DNA of 64,000 nucleotides, taken from contig JBHGNT010000010.1 of assembly GCA_043228905.1 (NCBI GenBank), positions 6,696,001 to 6,760,000 of the forward strand, given 5' to 3'. The DNA comes from Azolla caroliniana. Taxonomy: Eukaryota > Plantae > Polypodiophyta. This document shows, piece by piece, positions 11,802 to 23,689 of this stretch. The notes beneath the pieces were generated by a model. The model ran no database searches and was not told the origin of the DNA. It was given only the letters and a program-made list of their open reading frames with translations. The translations under genes were made by a program, and so were the position numbers. Positions within the stretch are counted from its first letter, which is position 1. Every line of letters starts with the position of its first letter.

Positions 11802-14800
11802 GTTAAACGAGTAAGTCCAGCCAAAATAGGAGCCATTTGGCTGGACCATCCTAGCTATGTAGAGTTAGTTCCTAGTTGTGGTTCCATTTCATCAAATCAA
11901 GTGAGTCGAGTTTTTTCAGCACAAGTCGAGCTTACCACATCTACATGTCATCGAGTCCTAGCCTCTGCCCTTCTAGATTCTGGAGCCAACTCTTGTTTCA
12001 TGGATCGTGAATTTGCCTTGTCACAAAACATCCTCTTGAATAAGCTTCCTAGCCCAGTAGCCGTAGGAGTCATTGATGGACGTCCCATAGCATCAGGAGA
12101 TATAGTCGAGGAGTCCGAGCCAATTAGGATAGTTCTTGGCAATTTGGCAAGCATAATCTCTTTCAACATTATTCGTAGTCCGGAACACCCAATAGTTCTA
12201 GGTCTCCCCTGGTTTGAACTCCATAACCCGAAGATTGATTGGATGAAAAGAACAATTGCGGAGACCCGGGAAAAAAGCACAAACCCTGCATCCCTCTCTC
12301 CTACATGTGATAATAGATCCCGGGAGTTATCGCCCATCTCTTTACGACAGTTGCGGGAGGAAGGGGGGAACGAGGCCATGTTTGTCTTCGCAATAATAGA
12401 AACTCCATCATCCACTTCATGTGAGGCGGATATTAAACTACCAGAGAAATACAAGGAGTTTTCAAATGTCTTTGATAAGGTGAAGGCCAATACATTTCCG
12501 GAGCATCGGCCATACGACTGCCCTATTGACTTACAACCAGGGAAAGAACCTCCATGGGGCCCAATTTATAATCTCTCCCCTATAGAGCTAGAAACTTTGC
12601 GGGAATATATTGATGAGAATCTGGCAAATGGATTCATTCGGCATTCTAGATCCCCTGCTGGTGCACCTATCTTCTTCGTTAAGAAGAAGAATGGGACTCT
12701 TCGGTTGGTTGTGGATTATCGAGGGCTAAACAAAGTGACTATCCGGAGTAGATATGCTCTACCATTAATCCCGAATATTTTGGAACGTCTCAGTGGAGCA
12801 AAATATTTCACGAAGTTGGACCTTCGCAGAGCATATAATCTAGTTCAGATTCGCCCGGGGGATGAATGGAAGACAACTTTCCGCACCCGCTATGGACACT
12901 TTTAGTATACAGTGATGCCATTCGGTCTCATGAATGCACCTGCTGTTTTCCAACATATGGCGAACGATATTTTTCGAGATTTTCTTGATATCTTCACTAT
13001 AGTTTACCTAGATGATATTTTAATCTACTCAAAGACCCAAGAGGAGCATGATGAACATGTTCATCAGGTACTGCGTCGACTCCGAGAATATGGTCTCTAC
13101 GCAAAATTAGAAAAGTGTAGTTTCGGCCAGAATCAAGTGGAATTTTTGGGGTATGTTGTATCGTCAAATGGTATTGCTATGGACCCCATGACGGTACAAG
13201 CAATTTTAGAGTGGCAAACGCCCCTTTTAGTGCGTGATGTGCAATGTTTTCTCGGGTTTGCAAATTTTTATCGAAAATTTATTAAAGATTATTCCAAGGT
13301 TGTGCTTCCGCTTACTCAGCTCACACATAAAGATCGACCATTTATATGGAGTTCAGATGCAGCCCAGGCATTCGAAAGCTTAAAATGAGCATTTACAACT
13401 GCACCTATCTTAGCACATGTCGACCCAACAAAACGCTTCATCCTCGAAGCCGATGCATCCGATTTTGCATTAGGGAGTGTCCTCTCGCAAACTGGAGATG
13501 ATGGACAACTACACCCTATCGCCTTTCATTCACAAAAGTTTGAAGCTGTAGAGATCAACTACGAGATCCATGACAAAGAGCTTCTTGTAATCGTGGATTC
13601 GTTTCAACAATGGCGACATTTCCTAGAAGGTTCTTCTCAGCAAATCATTGTCTACAATGATCATAAGAACTTGACTTATTTCCAAAATGCTCGAGTCTTG
13701 AGTCGGCGACAATCCCGGTGGGCGCAATTTTTGACTCACTTTGATTTTATCATCATATATCGCCATGGGATGCAGCAAGGCAAAGCAGATGCTCTTTCTT
13801 GGCGCTCTTATATGGAACTTCGTCTAGGGGAACCTGCATTTGAGCATCAAAAACAAATCCTTTTGGGTCCTAATTGATTACGATTAATGGTAGTTAACGC
13901 CATAACAACTCTTGAAAATTCCACTCTTCTTGATTCCATTCGAGATCATATGGCCACTGATGATTTCGCCAAGGATGTTTTGGATCATATCGTCCCGGAT
14001 CGTGCTTCTTGCTCACGGTCGAAAAATCCTCGTAATGACTATTGTCAGTTCTATTGGCATGGTGGTTTTCTATTTCGACAATATTTATTGTATGTTCCTG
14101 ATGGTCCCCCACGGCTACAAGTTTTGCAACATTGCCATGACTCACCAATGGCTGGTCATTTTGGAGTTCACAAGACTCTAGAATTAATTTCTCAACGCTA
14201 TTGGTGGCCTCGCCTTCGTCATTTTGTTGAGGAGTATGTTCGGAGTTGTGATATATGTTGTCAATCAAAGAATCCTCGTCACCGACCCTATGGCTTACTA
14301 CAACCACTTCCCATTCCGGAAACTCCTTGGAAGTGTATATCCTTGGACTTCATTACTGATCTCCCAGTTTCAAAAGGTTTTGATGCAATTCTCATAGTGG
14401 TTGATTGATTTACCAAAATGGCACATTTCATGCCATGTACAAAGTCGATTACTAGTCAAGAGGCGGCTGATCTCGTTATGCGGGAGGTATTTAAGCATCA
14501 TGGTTTGCCGGATGATATTATTAGTGATCGTGGTCCACAATTCATCTCAAAGTTTTGGAAGCACTTGTTCAAACTTCTCCACATTTCAGTTAAGCTTTCT
14601 TCGGGCTATCATCCTGAAACAAATGGCCAAACAGAGCATACCAACCAGACATTGGAACAATATCTTCGTTGTTTCATCAACTATCAACAAGATGCTTGGG
14701 TTGCTTTTTTGCACTTGGCGGAATTTGCTTACAACAACTCAACCCATTCTTCTACAGGATATTCCCCATTTTTCGCAAATACGGGCTGTCATCCTCGGTG

Positions 14801-15452
14801 GACAATGAATGCGCATCCAAAAGTTCCTACCAACCCTGCTGCCAAGGATCTTCTTAGTCGTCTCCAAGAAATTCAAGCTAACATTCTCCACAATTTGCAC
14901 AATGCTCAATTTACACACAAGAGGCTTGCCGATCGTCATCATCTAGACTCCTCAAAAAAGTTCCGCATTGGGGATCATGTATGGCTTCTCCAACACAACA
15001 TCAAGACCACTCGACCTTGCAGTAAATTGGATTACCAACGTTTTGGCCCTTACATGATCACTGGTAATATAAGTGATGTTGCATTTCATCTTGCCCTCCC
15101 TCCGCACATTCATCTTCATCCGGTGTTTCATGTATCCCTTTTGGAACCTTATACTACAAGTTCAATTTTGGGCCGACTTACGACACCCCCACCACCTGTC
15201 GAGTTCTTGGATGAGCTTGAATTTGAAGTTGCTGCCGTTCTCGATTCTAAAATCGTGCGCAACAAGTTGTATTACTTAGTCGATTGGCTAGGTTATACCC
15301 CCAATGATCGAACTTGGGAACCTGCCGCAAATCTTTCCAATGCTGCAGAACTCGTCAATGCATTTCATCGCCAATATCCTTGTAAACCAGGTCCTAATAC
15401 AAACCCTACGACCCGTGAGACGTGTCGTCGAAGAAGGGGGATAGTGTCATGA
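11802..15452 (+). pseudogene. G3 pol (PR-RT-RH-INT-chromodomain) with several in-frame stops
   Basis: LLDSGA, YLDDIL, integrase core and chromodomain YYLVDWLGY. Stops at about 12903, 13386, 13875 and 14406. Confidence 0.92.
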
Positions 15453-15913
15453 TGACACTCACATCATGCATCGAAAGGATCATGCAACTCACATTATGAC
15501 TCGAAAGGATTTGAACCCACGACCTTGTTGTACACATGTCAAATCCTTAACCATTGTATTAATATTCTTATATGTATAGTCTCTAGAATATGAAATCTAA
15601 TATCATAGGAATATTCTATATTACTCTACATTCTAGAATGACCTAGAATATTCTAGAGTGTTCTATACCACTAGAACCTTCTAGAATACTCTAGAGATCT
15701 TCTAGATTACTCTACATTCTAGGATAACCTAGAATATTCTAGAATGTTCTCTATTACTTATAAATAGGGATCTACCACCCATCCCAAACCTAAATTGGTT
15801 CAACGCCATTTTGTAGCCTACTCTTTGTAATCCATTTTACGCTTCAATATAATAATTCTCTTTCAATTATCTCTCTATCCCTTTTTCTCTCTTTCTCTCT
15901 CTCAGTCTTGACA

Positions 15914-18900
15914 GTACGTTGACTCCGGCACATCGAACCACATGACGAGCCACGGGGAGTGGTTCTCCTTTTTGGAGAAGCCAGATCAACCGGGAGTTGT
16001 CGAAACCGGAGACGACACTCCCCACTCAATCGTGCACGTCGGAGAAGTCCCTTTGAGCCACATTGCACAGAGGAGGAAGCTGATGAATGTATTACATGTT
16101 CCTACGATCAAGAAGAACCTGGTGTCGGTCGGACAAATCATCAACCAGGGGATGCAGGTGCGGTTTACGCACCTCGGGTGCTTCATTGAGGATGAGGGCG
16201 AAGTTATTGCGCAAGGGCGCAGAGATGGGAGGATGTTTATCCTCAATACCAATGATGTCGGCACCGCATTGTTCGCCAAAGGACAGAAGGTCAAGTCGGA
16301 TATCGACCTGTGGCACAAGCGCATTGGCCACGTCAACTACCGGAGGCCTCAAGACCTGCAAACGGAACAAGTCGTTTTCGGTTTGCCAAAGTTTAGCGGC
16401 CGGAGAGCCTAGATTTGTGAAGCTTGCCAACTCGGGAAGCAACACCGGCTTCCATTCCCCACTGAAAGAAATCGAAACCGTAACAAGCTCGATCTTGTCC
16501 ATTCGGATGTGTGGGGACCGGCACAAAATGTTAGCATTGGCGGGAGTCGATATTTCGTCTCCTTCATCGACGACTACACGCGGCATACGTGGATCTACCT
16601 CATTGAGCAGAAGAGCGAAGTCTTTGAGTGTTTCCGGAGCCTCCAGAAGATGGTGGAACGGGAATCCGAGAGGAAGATCAAATGCCTACGGTCGGATGGC
16701 GGAAAAGAGTACTTTTCCGGCCAATTCAACAGCTATCTGCAACAAAAAGGAATTCGGCGAGAATTCAGCTGCAGATACACACCGCAACAGAACGGTGTGG
16801 CCGAAAGGAAGAATCGGTCGCTGATTGAAGCGGCTAGGGCAATGCTAGAGGAAAAGAGCATGCCCAAGTTCTACTGGGTGGAGGCGGTCCAAACGGCCGT
16901 TTACATTCAGAACCGGATCGGGGACAAGGTGTCAGATCACGAGCTGTATTTCGGGCACAAGCCGAATTTGAGACACCTTCGGAAATTCGGCAGCATAGCC
17001 TATGTACATGTGCCGGATGAGAAGCGGAGAAAGCTGGATACAAAATCGGAAAACTGCATCCTAGTCGGCTATGCTCAAGAGCAAAAGGGGTATAAGTGTT
17101 ATAACCCCCGGATAAAGCAGGTTCAAGTTAGCCGAGATGGCGAGTTTGATGAATCGGCATCGTGGTATTCCTTTCCGACTCCGACTTCCGATCCCGACCC
17201 GATGTCGGAGGATGGGGCTAGTGAGCCCAAACCGGCCCAAGTAGAGAAAGATGAAGTCGGGACTCAAGATGAGAGTCCGGAATCGTTCCGGTTAAGCGGA
17301 CCGAATGAGAGACTGGATCAGTCCAACTAGTTGGATGATGAGACGGCGAGTAGTGGAGACTCTGTCGTGCTCTCCCCGCGCAAGGAACCGAGGAGACGGT
17401 TCAGACGCAAAGAGAAAGGGAAGCAGAAGATGCCGGAATTCGAGACCGACAATGATGAGTCGGATCGGTGCGTATCTGATTTCGACAAGGACATAGGCAG
17501 ATCTTCGGGAACGAAGACCGAACCGGCCAAGAAGGGTCTCATACAGGGTAACAGTGAGTTACACCGGTCCACCCGCCAGAAGGATCCCGTTAAACGGTAC
17601 GGGTATAATGAGTACATGGCGCATCATTATGCGTACATGACCAAGGTCGCGGAAGTGCGTGAGCCGGAGAGCTACGCAGAAGTGGCAAAGGACGCAAATT
17701 GGCATGCCGTTATGGAGGATGAAATGCGGGCACTGGATGCCAACGGAACTTGGGACCTGGTTGACCCTCCCCATCACTGTAAACCAATCGGATGCAAGTG
17801 GGTGTACAAGGTAAAGTACAATGCCGACGATACAGTTAACCGGTACAAGGCCTGGTTAGAGGCGAAGGGATATGCGTAGACCCACAGAATCGACTACGAC
17901 GAGACCTTCACCCCTGTAGCGAAGATGACGACGGTTCGTGTGGTACTGGCGGTTGCTGCGGCAAGGGGGTGGCATCTTCATCAGATGGATGTGAAGAATG
18001 CCTTCATTCAAGGAGATCTTGAAGAAGAAGTCTTTATGACTCAGCCCGCCGGATTTCAGTCGGAGATGAACAAGTCGACGGTATGCCGGCTGAGGAAGTC
18101 ATTGTATGGCTTGAAGCAAGCCCCCCGTGCTTGGAATGCTAAGATCACGCACCAGTTGCGAAAGATGGGGTTTGTTGCCTCTAAGTCAGACTCTTCCCTG
18201 TTCATCCGTCAAGGCTCAAACGGTCCGATGTGTATCTTACTCTATGTTGATGATTTAGTCATCACCGGCAACGGTCTTCTGGAAATCAACCGTGTCAAGT
18301 CCCAATTGTCGGACGCATTCGATATGAAGGACTTGGGGGACCTTCATTATTTTTTGGGGATCGAGGTGATCCGCACCCCCGACGGCATATTGCTTTCTCA
18401 ACGCCATTATGTGTTGAATATGCTGTACAAGTTCGGCATGACGGAATGCCGACCTGTCTCCACACCCTTGGACCGGAATCAGAAGATCCGCCCCAACTCC
18501 GGACCTGCCTGCGATGAGAAACGGTTCCGACAAATAGTCGGAAGCCTGATCTACTTGACCATCACCCGACCCGACATTAGCAATCCGGTCGGAGTGGTAA
18601 GCCAATTCATGCAGAAGCCGACCGTGGAGCACCTGCAATGCGCGCAACGAATACTGAGGTATGTAAGCGGCACTAAGGATCGGGGGCTCTTATACCGGCA
18701 AGGTATAACCGAAGAGCTTGTCGGCTACACGGATGCCGACTGGGCTGGCGATGCAATGGATCGTCACTCAACTTCCACCTTTATGTTTTCTCTTGGGAGC
18801 ATGACTGTTGCGTGGAGCAGCAAAAAGCAGCCAACAGTGGCTCTATCCAGCACTGAGGCTGAATACCGGGGCGCGACCATTGCCACCTGCGAAGCCATTT

Positions 18901-19925
18901 GGCTTCGGCGACTACTGCAAGACCTGCGGATCGAGGTACCGACCCTGATCCTGATCTACTGCGATAACCTCAGCAACATGTAGCTGGCCAAGAACCCTAT
19001 GTTCCATGCTCACACAAACCACATAGAAGTGCATTATCACTTCGTGCGTGAGCGGGTCCTGAGCGGTGAAGTTGAACTACGGTATGTTCACACGGATCGG
19101 AAAGTTGCCGACATCTTCACCAAGCCGCTCGGGTCGAACAAGTTGCAACACTTTACCGAAATGTTTGGTGTTCAGCATCTCGACGTGCCACACTTGAAGG
19201 GGAGACGCAAGGGCAAAGACACTACCGAAATGGGCAAAGGCAAAAAAACTGTTGAACCCATAGGCAAGAGAAGAACCGGTAGAGGTGGAGACAAGAAGAA
19301 AAATGAAGCCGAGTCGACGAAGGAAGTTGGCACATCCGAACAGGTCAGAGTTAGCGGCTGTGAAGAAGGAGTGTACACTCAGGAAGAGAAGTGCATGCTA
19401 TGCGGAGGTCATCACGATCGTAATGGCCATGATGCGGAGTTGAATGAAGAATTCGACTTCGGTGAACCGGCTGAAGAAGCCAAGGGAAGCACAGAGAAGG
19501 CCAAGACCCGGACGTGGTCTGATGTGGTGACAGGCCTGCAGCCGAAAATCAAATCAGAGGATACCGATTCGGACAAGAGCTGGAACGAGTCGGAGACAAC
19601 CGATTCGGATCAACAGATGGATCCGGATGAGTCGGATCAACGAGAGGCCAAGGAGACACGGACGCAGCGGAAGTCGATGCCATCGCGGAGGAACCGACGG
19701 ATCGGCAAGCGTCGGAGTCATAGCAGCGAAGCAGCTGAGATGGGCCTATTGAGGAGACATGCCGAAGGTCGAGGCGCACAGAACCAAAGGGGTCGTGGCA
19801 AACAGGACCGGACCGGACAAGGAGCGCGAGCAAGGTGAAGCGACGCCAGGAGAAGTCGGTTGGGAGAACCGGCCGCCACAGAGGTTCACACTACGACCCT
19901 ACCTCAGGTTGAGCTTGAGGGGGAG
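15914..19925 (+). pseudogene. Copia B pol (protease remainder, GAG-pre-integrase, integrase, RT, RNase H, charged C-terminal extension)
   Basis: Motifs WHKRIGH, SDVWGP, PQQNGVAERKNR, QMDVKNAF, LYVDDLV and GYTDADWAG occur in copia order with several premature stops. Confidence 0.93.
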
Positions 19926-22900
19926 TGTTGAGCGGCAAGCTCAACCGGAGCCGGATCGGCTGAATAGGCATGAGCCGGTAAGCGAGATGAATGGGTATGC
20001 CGGTGAGCAACCGAGCTGGTAAGCAGTAAGGACCGGTGAGCTGGGGAGCTGGTATGCCGCATCCAATCCGCAACCGGAAGCCTAGTATAGGTTAGACTAC
20101 TAGGCAGTGATAGTCTCGTAGTTAGTGTCAGACGCTCGTGTGAGCATTCAAGTACACCGTACTTCTTACAGTCCCGTGTGGACTTGTATAAATAGCGGTG
20201 ATGAGCGCGTTGTAGATACAGAGCACAGAGTATTAATATAATCTTGAAAAATAGTGTGTTTTGCTCTCTCACTCTCTGTCTCTCCCGCGTACTCTCTCTC
20301 TCTCTCTTTGTATTGTTCTTTCTAACGCTTCTGCAAGCAATCTTTTACACCACCGATAGCTGGATGTTGTACATGGAGGTGGATCGGCCCCGTGGGCGTG
20401 GTGGATGAGGCCAGAAGGAGCAGGACCAAAGGCACAGAGAACGTGCCGACAATAGTTCCGAACCCTCCACAAGCAGGGGGAGTCAAGGCGGCGCTAGAGG
20501 CCGGCAAGCAAAGGGCGACACAGAATGCTCGTATTGTGGTAAAAAGGGACACAAAGAAAGTGAGTGTTGGAAGAACCACGCCGATTCGGACAGATCCGGA
20601 TCCGGCAAGGCCGGCAGAGAGAACCGGCAATACTCGCACTATGCAGAAGGATCGGGAGGATCCAAAACCGGAAAAGCTGGTGCCAGTAAAGGGCCAACCT
20701 TGGTGATGAAACATGAGGCTAACTCGATGAAGAAGACCACTTCCAAATCAGAGGAAGTGTGGTACGTTGATTCCGGTGCGTCGAATCACATGACGAGCCA
20801 CAAAGAGTGGTTCTCTTTCTTGGAGAAACCGGAACAATCGGGAGTCGTCGAAACCAAAGACGACACTACTCACCCAATCGTGCATGTCAGAGAAGTCCCT
20901 TTGAGCCACGTCGGACAGAGGGGGAAGCTGATGAACGTATTACATGTTCCGACTATCACGAAGAACCTGGTGTCAGTCGGCCAGATCGTTGACCAGGGGA
21001 TGCAGGTGCGGTTTACGCACCTTGGGTGCTTCATCAAGGAAGAGGGTCAAATTATTGCGCAAGGGCGCAGAGACGGGAGGATGTTCATCCTCGACACCAA
21101 TGATGTCGGCACCACTTTTTTCGCCAAAGGAAAGAAGATTGAATCGGACATCGATCTTTGGCACAAGCGGATCGGCCACGTCAATTATCGGAGGCTTCAA
21201 GACTTGCAAACGAAACAAGTTGTTTTCGACTTGCCGAAATTTAGTGGCCGGAAGGCCGAAATTTGTGAAGCCTGCCAACTTGGGAAGCAACACTGGCTTC
21301 CATTCCCCATCGGTTGAAACCGAAGCCATAACAAGCTCGACTTAATCCATTCGGATGTATGGGAACCGACACAAAACATTAGTCTTGGTAGGTGTCGATA
21401 CTTCGTCTCCTTCATTGACGACTACAACCAGCACACATGGATCTACCTCATTGAGCGAAGGAGCGAAGTCTTCGAGTGTTTCCGGAACCTGCAAAGCGTG
21501 GTTGAATGCGAAGTCTTCGAGTGCCTGCGGTCGTATGGTGGAAAAGTATATTTTTCCAGCCAATTCAACAATTATTTGCAGCAAAAAGGAATTCGGAGAG
21601 AGTTAAGCTGCAGATACATACCGGAGCAAAACGGTGTGGCCAAAAGGAAGAAACGGTCTATTGTTGACGCGGCAAGGGCAATGCTGGAGGAGAAAAGCAT
21701 GCCCCATTTCTATTGGGTCGAGGCGGTCCGGACGACCATCTACATCCAAAACCCGATCGGTGACAAGGTGTCAGCACACGAGCTATATTTCGAGCGCAAG
21801 CCGAATTTGCGACACCTTCAGATATTCGGTAGCATAGCATATGTGCATGTACCGGATGAAAAGTGAAGGAAGTTGGATGCAAAGTCGGAGAAGTGCATCC
21901 TAGTCGGTTACTCGCATGCGCAAAAGGGGTGTAAGTGCTATAACCCCTGGACTAAGGAGGTCTGAGTAAGCCGGGATGTTGAGTTTGATGAGACGGCATC
22001 ATGGTATACCTTACCGGCTCCGACTTTCAACCCTGACCCGATACCGGAGGATGAGGCTAGTGAGCCTGAACTGGTCCTATTAGAAGACGAAGGGTTCGAG
22101 AATCGAGATCAAAGTACGGAATCGTTTCGGTTGAGCGGGCCAAACGAGCAACTGGGTCTCACAGATTAGCCGGATGATGAACCAGCGAGTAGTGGAGACT
22201 CTGTCGTGCTCTCCCCGTACAAGGAACCGAGGAGACGGTTCACACGCAAGGAGAAGGGGAAGAGGAAGATGTCGGAGCATGAGACTGGCAATGGTGAGTG
22301 GGATCGGAGCAGATCCGACGCCGAAAAAGAAGAAGGCGGATCTTCGGCAACGAAGACCGAACCGGCCAAGAAGGGCAACAAACTGGGCAACGATCAGTTA
22401 CGCCAGTCTTCCTGCCAGAAGAACCCCGTGAAGTGGTACAGGTACAATGAGTACATGGCGCATCACTATGCGTACATGACCAAGGTGGCAGAAGTGCGTG
22501 AGCCGGAGAGCTACGGAGAAGCGGCAAAGGATGCAAATTGGCGTGCCGCTATGGAGGAAGAAATGCGGGCACTTGATGCCAACGACACATGGGACCTAGT
22601 TGACCCTCCCGACACTGTACACCGATCAGATGTAAGTGGATGTACAATGTAAAGTACAATGTTGACGGTTCGGTTAACAGGTACAACGCCCGGTGCCAGA
22701 GCACAAGACCGGCAATGGTGAGTGGGATCGGAGCGGATCCGATGCCGAAAAAGAAGAAGGCAAATCTTCGGCAATGAAGACCAAACTGGCCAAGGTGGGC
22801 AAGTGAGCTGGTGAACTGGGGAGCCGGTTAGCCGGATCAAGCAGTAACCGGAAACCTGGTAGCAGCCTAGACTACTAGGTAGTTAATGTCTCGTAGTTAG

Positions 22901-23071
22901 TGTCAGACGCTCGTGTGAGCATTGAAGTACACTGTATTTTTGTCAATCCTCTTAGGACTTGTATAAATAGTGATGTTGAGCACGTTGTAGATATAGAGAA
23001 CAATTATTGTTTTGTAATAGATTTTTAACGTTCTGCTCATTCTCTGTCTCTCCCGCGTACACTCTGTGTGT

Positions 23072-23108
<37 letters not shown>

Positions 23109-23160
23109 TTGTTATCCATCTAAACCGGTTGTCTAACGCTTCCGCAGCTTCGTTTTTACA

Positions 23161-23536
23161 ATTCTCCATTTCTGCAACAAGGGTGAGATATTCTTCTAAG
23201 TTGATGGCGGCCATGGTTTCGTGATGTTTATAGAGGAGGATAAAGGAGAGAGAGATAAATTCGGATCAAACTATCAGAACCAAGAGAAAAGATAGAGTGA
23301 CAGAAGAAAGGTATAAAGCGATCACAAGAAGAGAGGAATGAAATAATAAGAGAAGAATGAATGTATTAGATAGAATGAGAATGGATACAAGATAGGTGAT
23401 GAAAGCTTAAGACTGCTATTGATTTGAATTGGTTTGAGAAGAATTGTATGTCCATATTTATAGGTTCCTATAGAATAGCCTAGAGATTTCTATAATGTTC
23501 TAGGATGTTCTAGACCTAGAATATTGTAAGATGTTC
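23161..23536 (-). mobile_element. G1 continued: gag N-terminus (ATG at 23214), PBS-like site 23257-23271 and truncated 5' LTR (23272-~23536)
   Basis: MAAINLEEYLTLVAEMEN joins in frame to LKSKFASLELENQRLLGDLQ below 1928 once the TSD ATTCT is collapsed. Confidence 0.85.
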
Positions 23537-23689
23537 TGTTAAGAAACAGGTCCCTCCGGATGGGAAGTGAGAAGAACAGTGTTGATGAGCAAACTTGGCC
23601 AAGGCCGATAGGCCGAGGTGTTGCCTTCCTCCTCCCATTCCGTCGTGGTGAGTTCTTCGAGATGTTGCTTCTGCTGACGTGGAACTGTG

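Larger units (their letters stand above)
10194..15913 (+). mobile_element. Chromovirus (Tcn1-like) Ty3/gypsy G3, full length, inserted in the copia B protease motif
   Basis: 469-bp LTRs 10194-10662 and 15445-15913, PPT AAGAAGGGGGATAG, TSD GTACG at 10189-10193 and 15914-15918. Confidence 0.95.
3033..20349 (+). mobile_element. Ty1/copia copy B, full length but pseudogenised, nested in gag of copy A
   Basis: 5' LTR 3033-3147 plus 8794-9101, PBS TGGTATCAGAGC 9102-9113, PPT 19911-19925, 3' LTR 19926-20349. TSD CCACC at 3028-3032 and 20350-20354. Confidence 0.93.
1929..23160 (+). mobile_element. Ty1/copia copy A (contains nested elements); RT/RNaseH largely deleted
   Basis: 5' LTR 1929-2346 (TG..CA), PBS TGGTATTAGAGC (tRNA-iMet-like), gag ATG 2439. 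Gag, protease and integrase resume at 20350-22690. Partial 3' LTR ~22800-23160. TSD ATTCT at 1924-1928 and 23161-23165. Confidence 0.9.
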
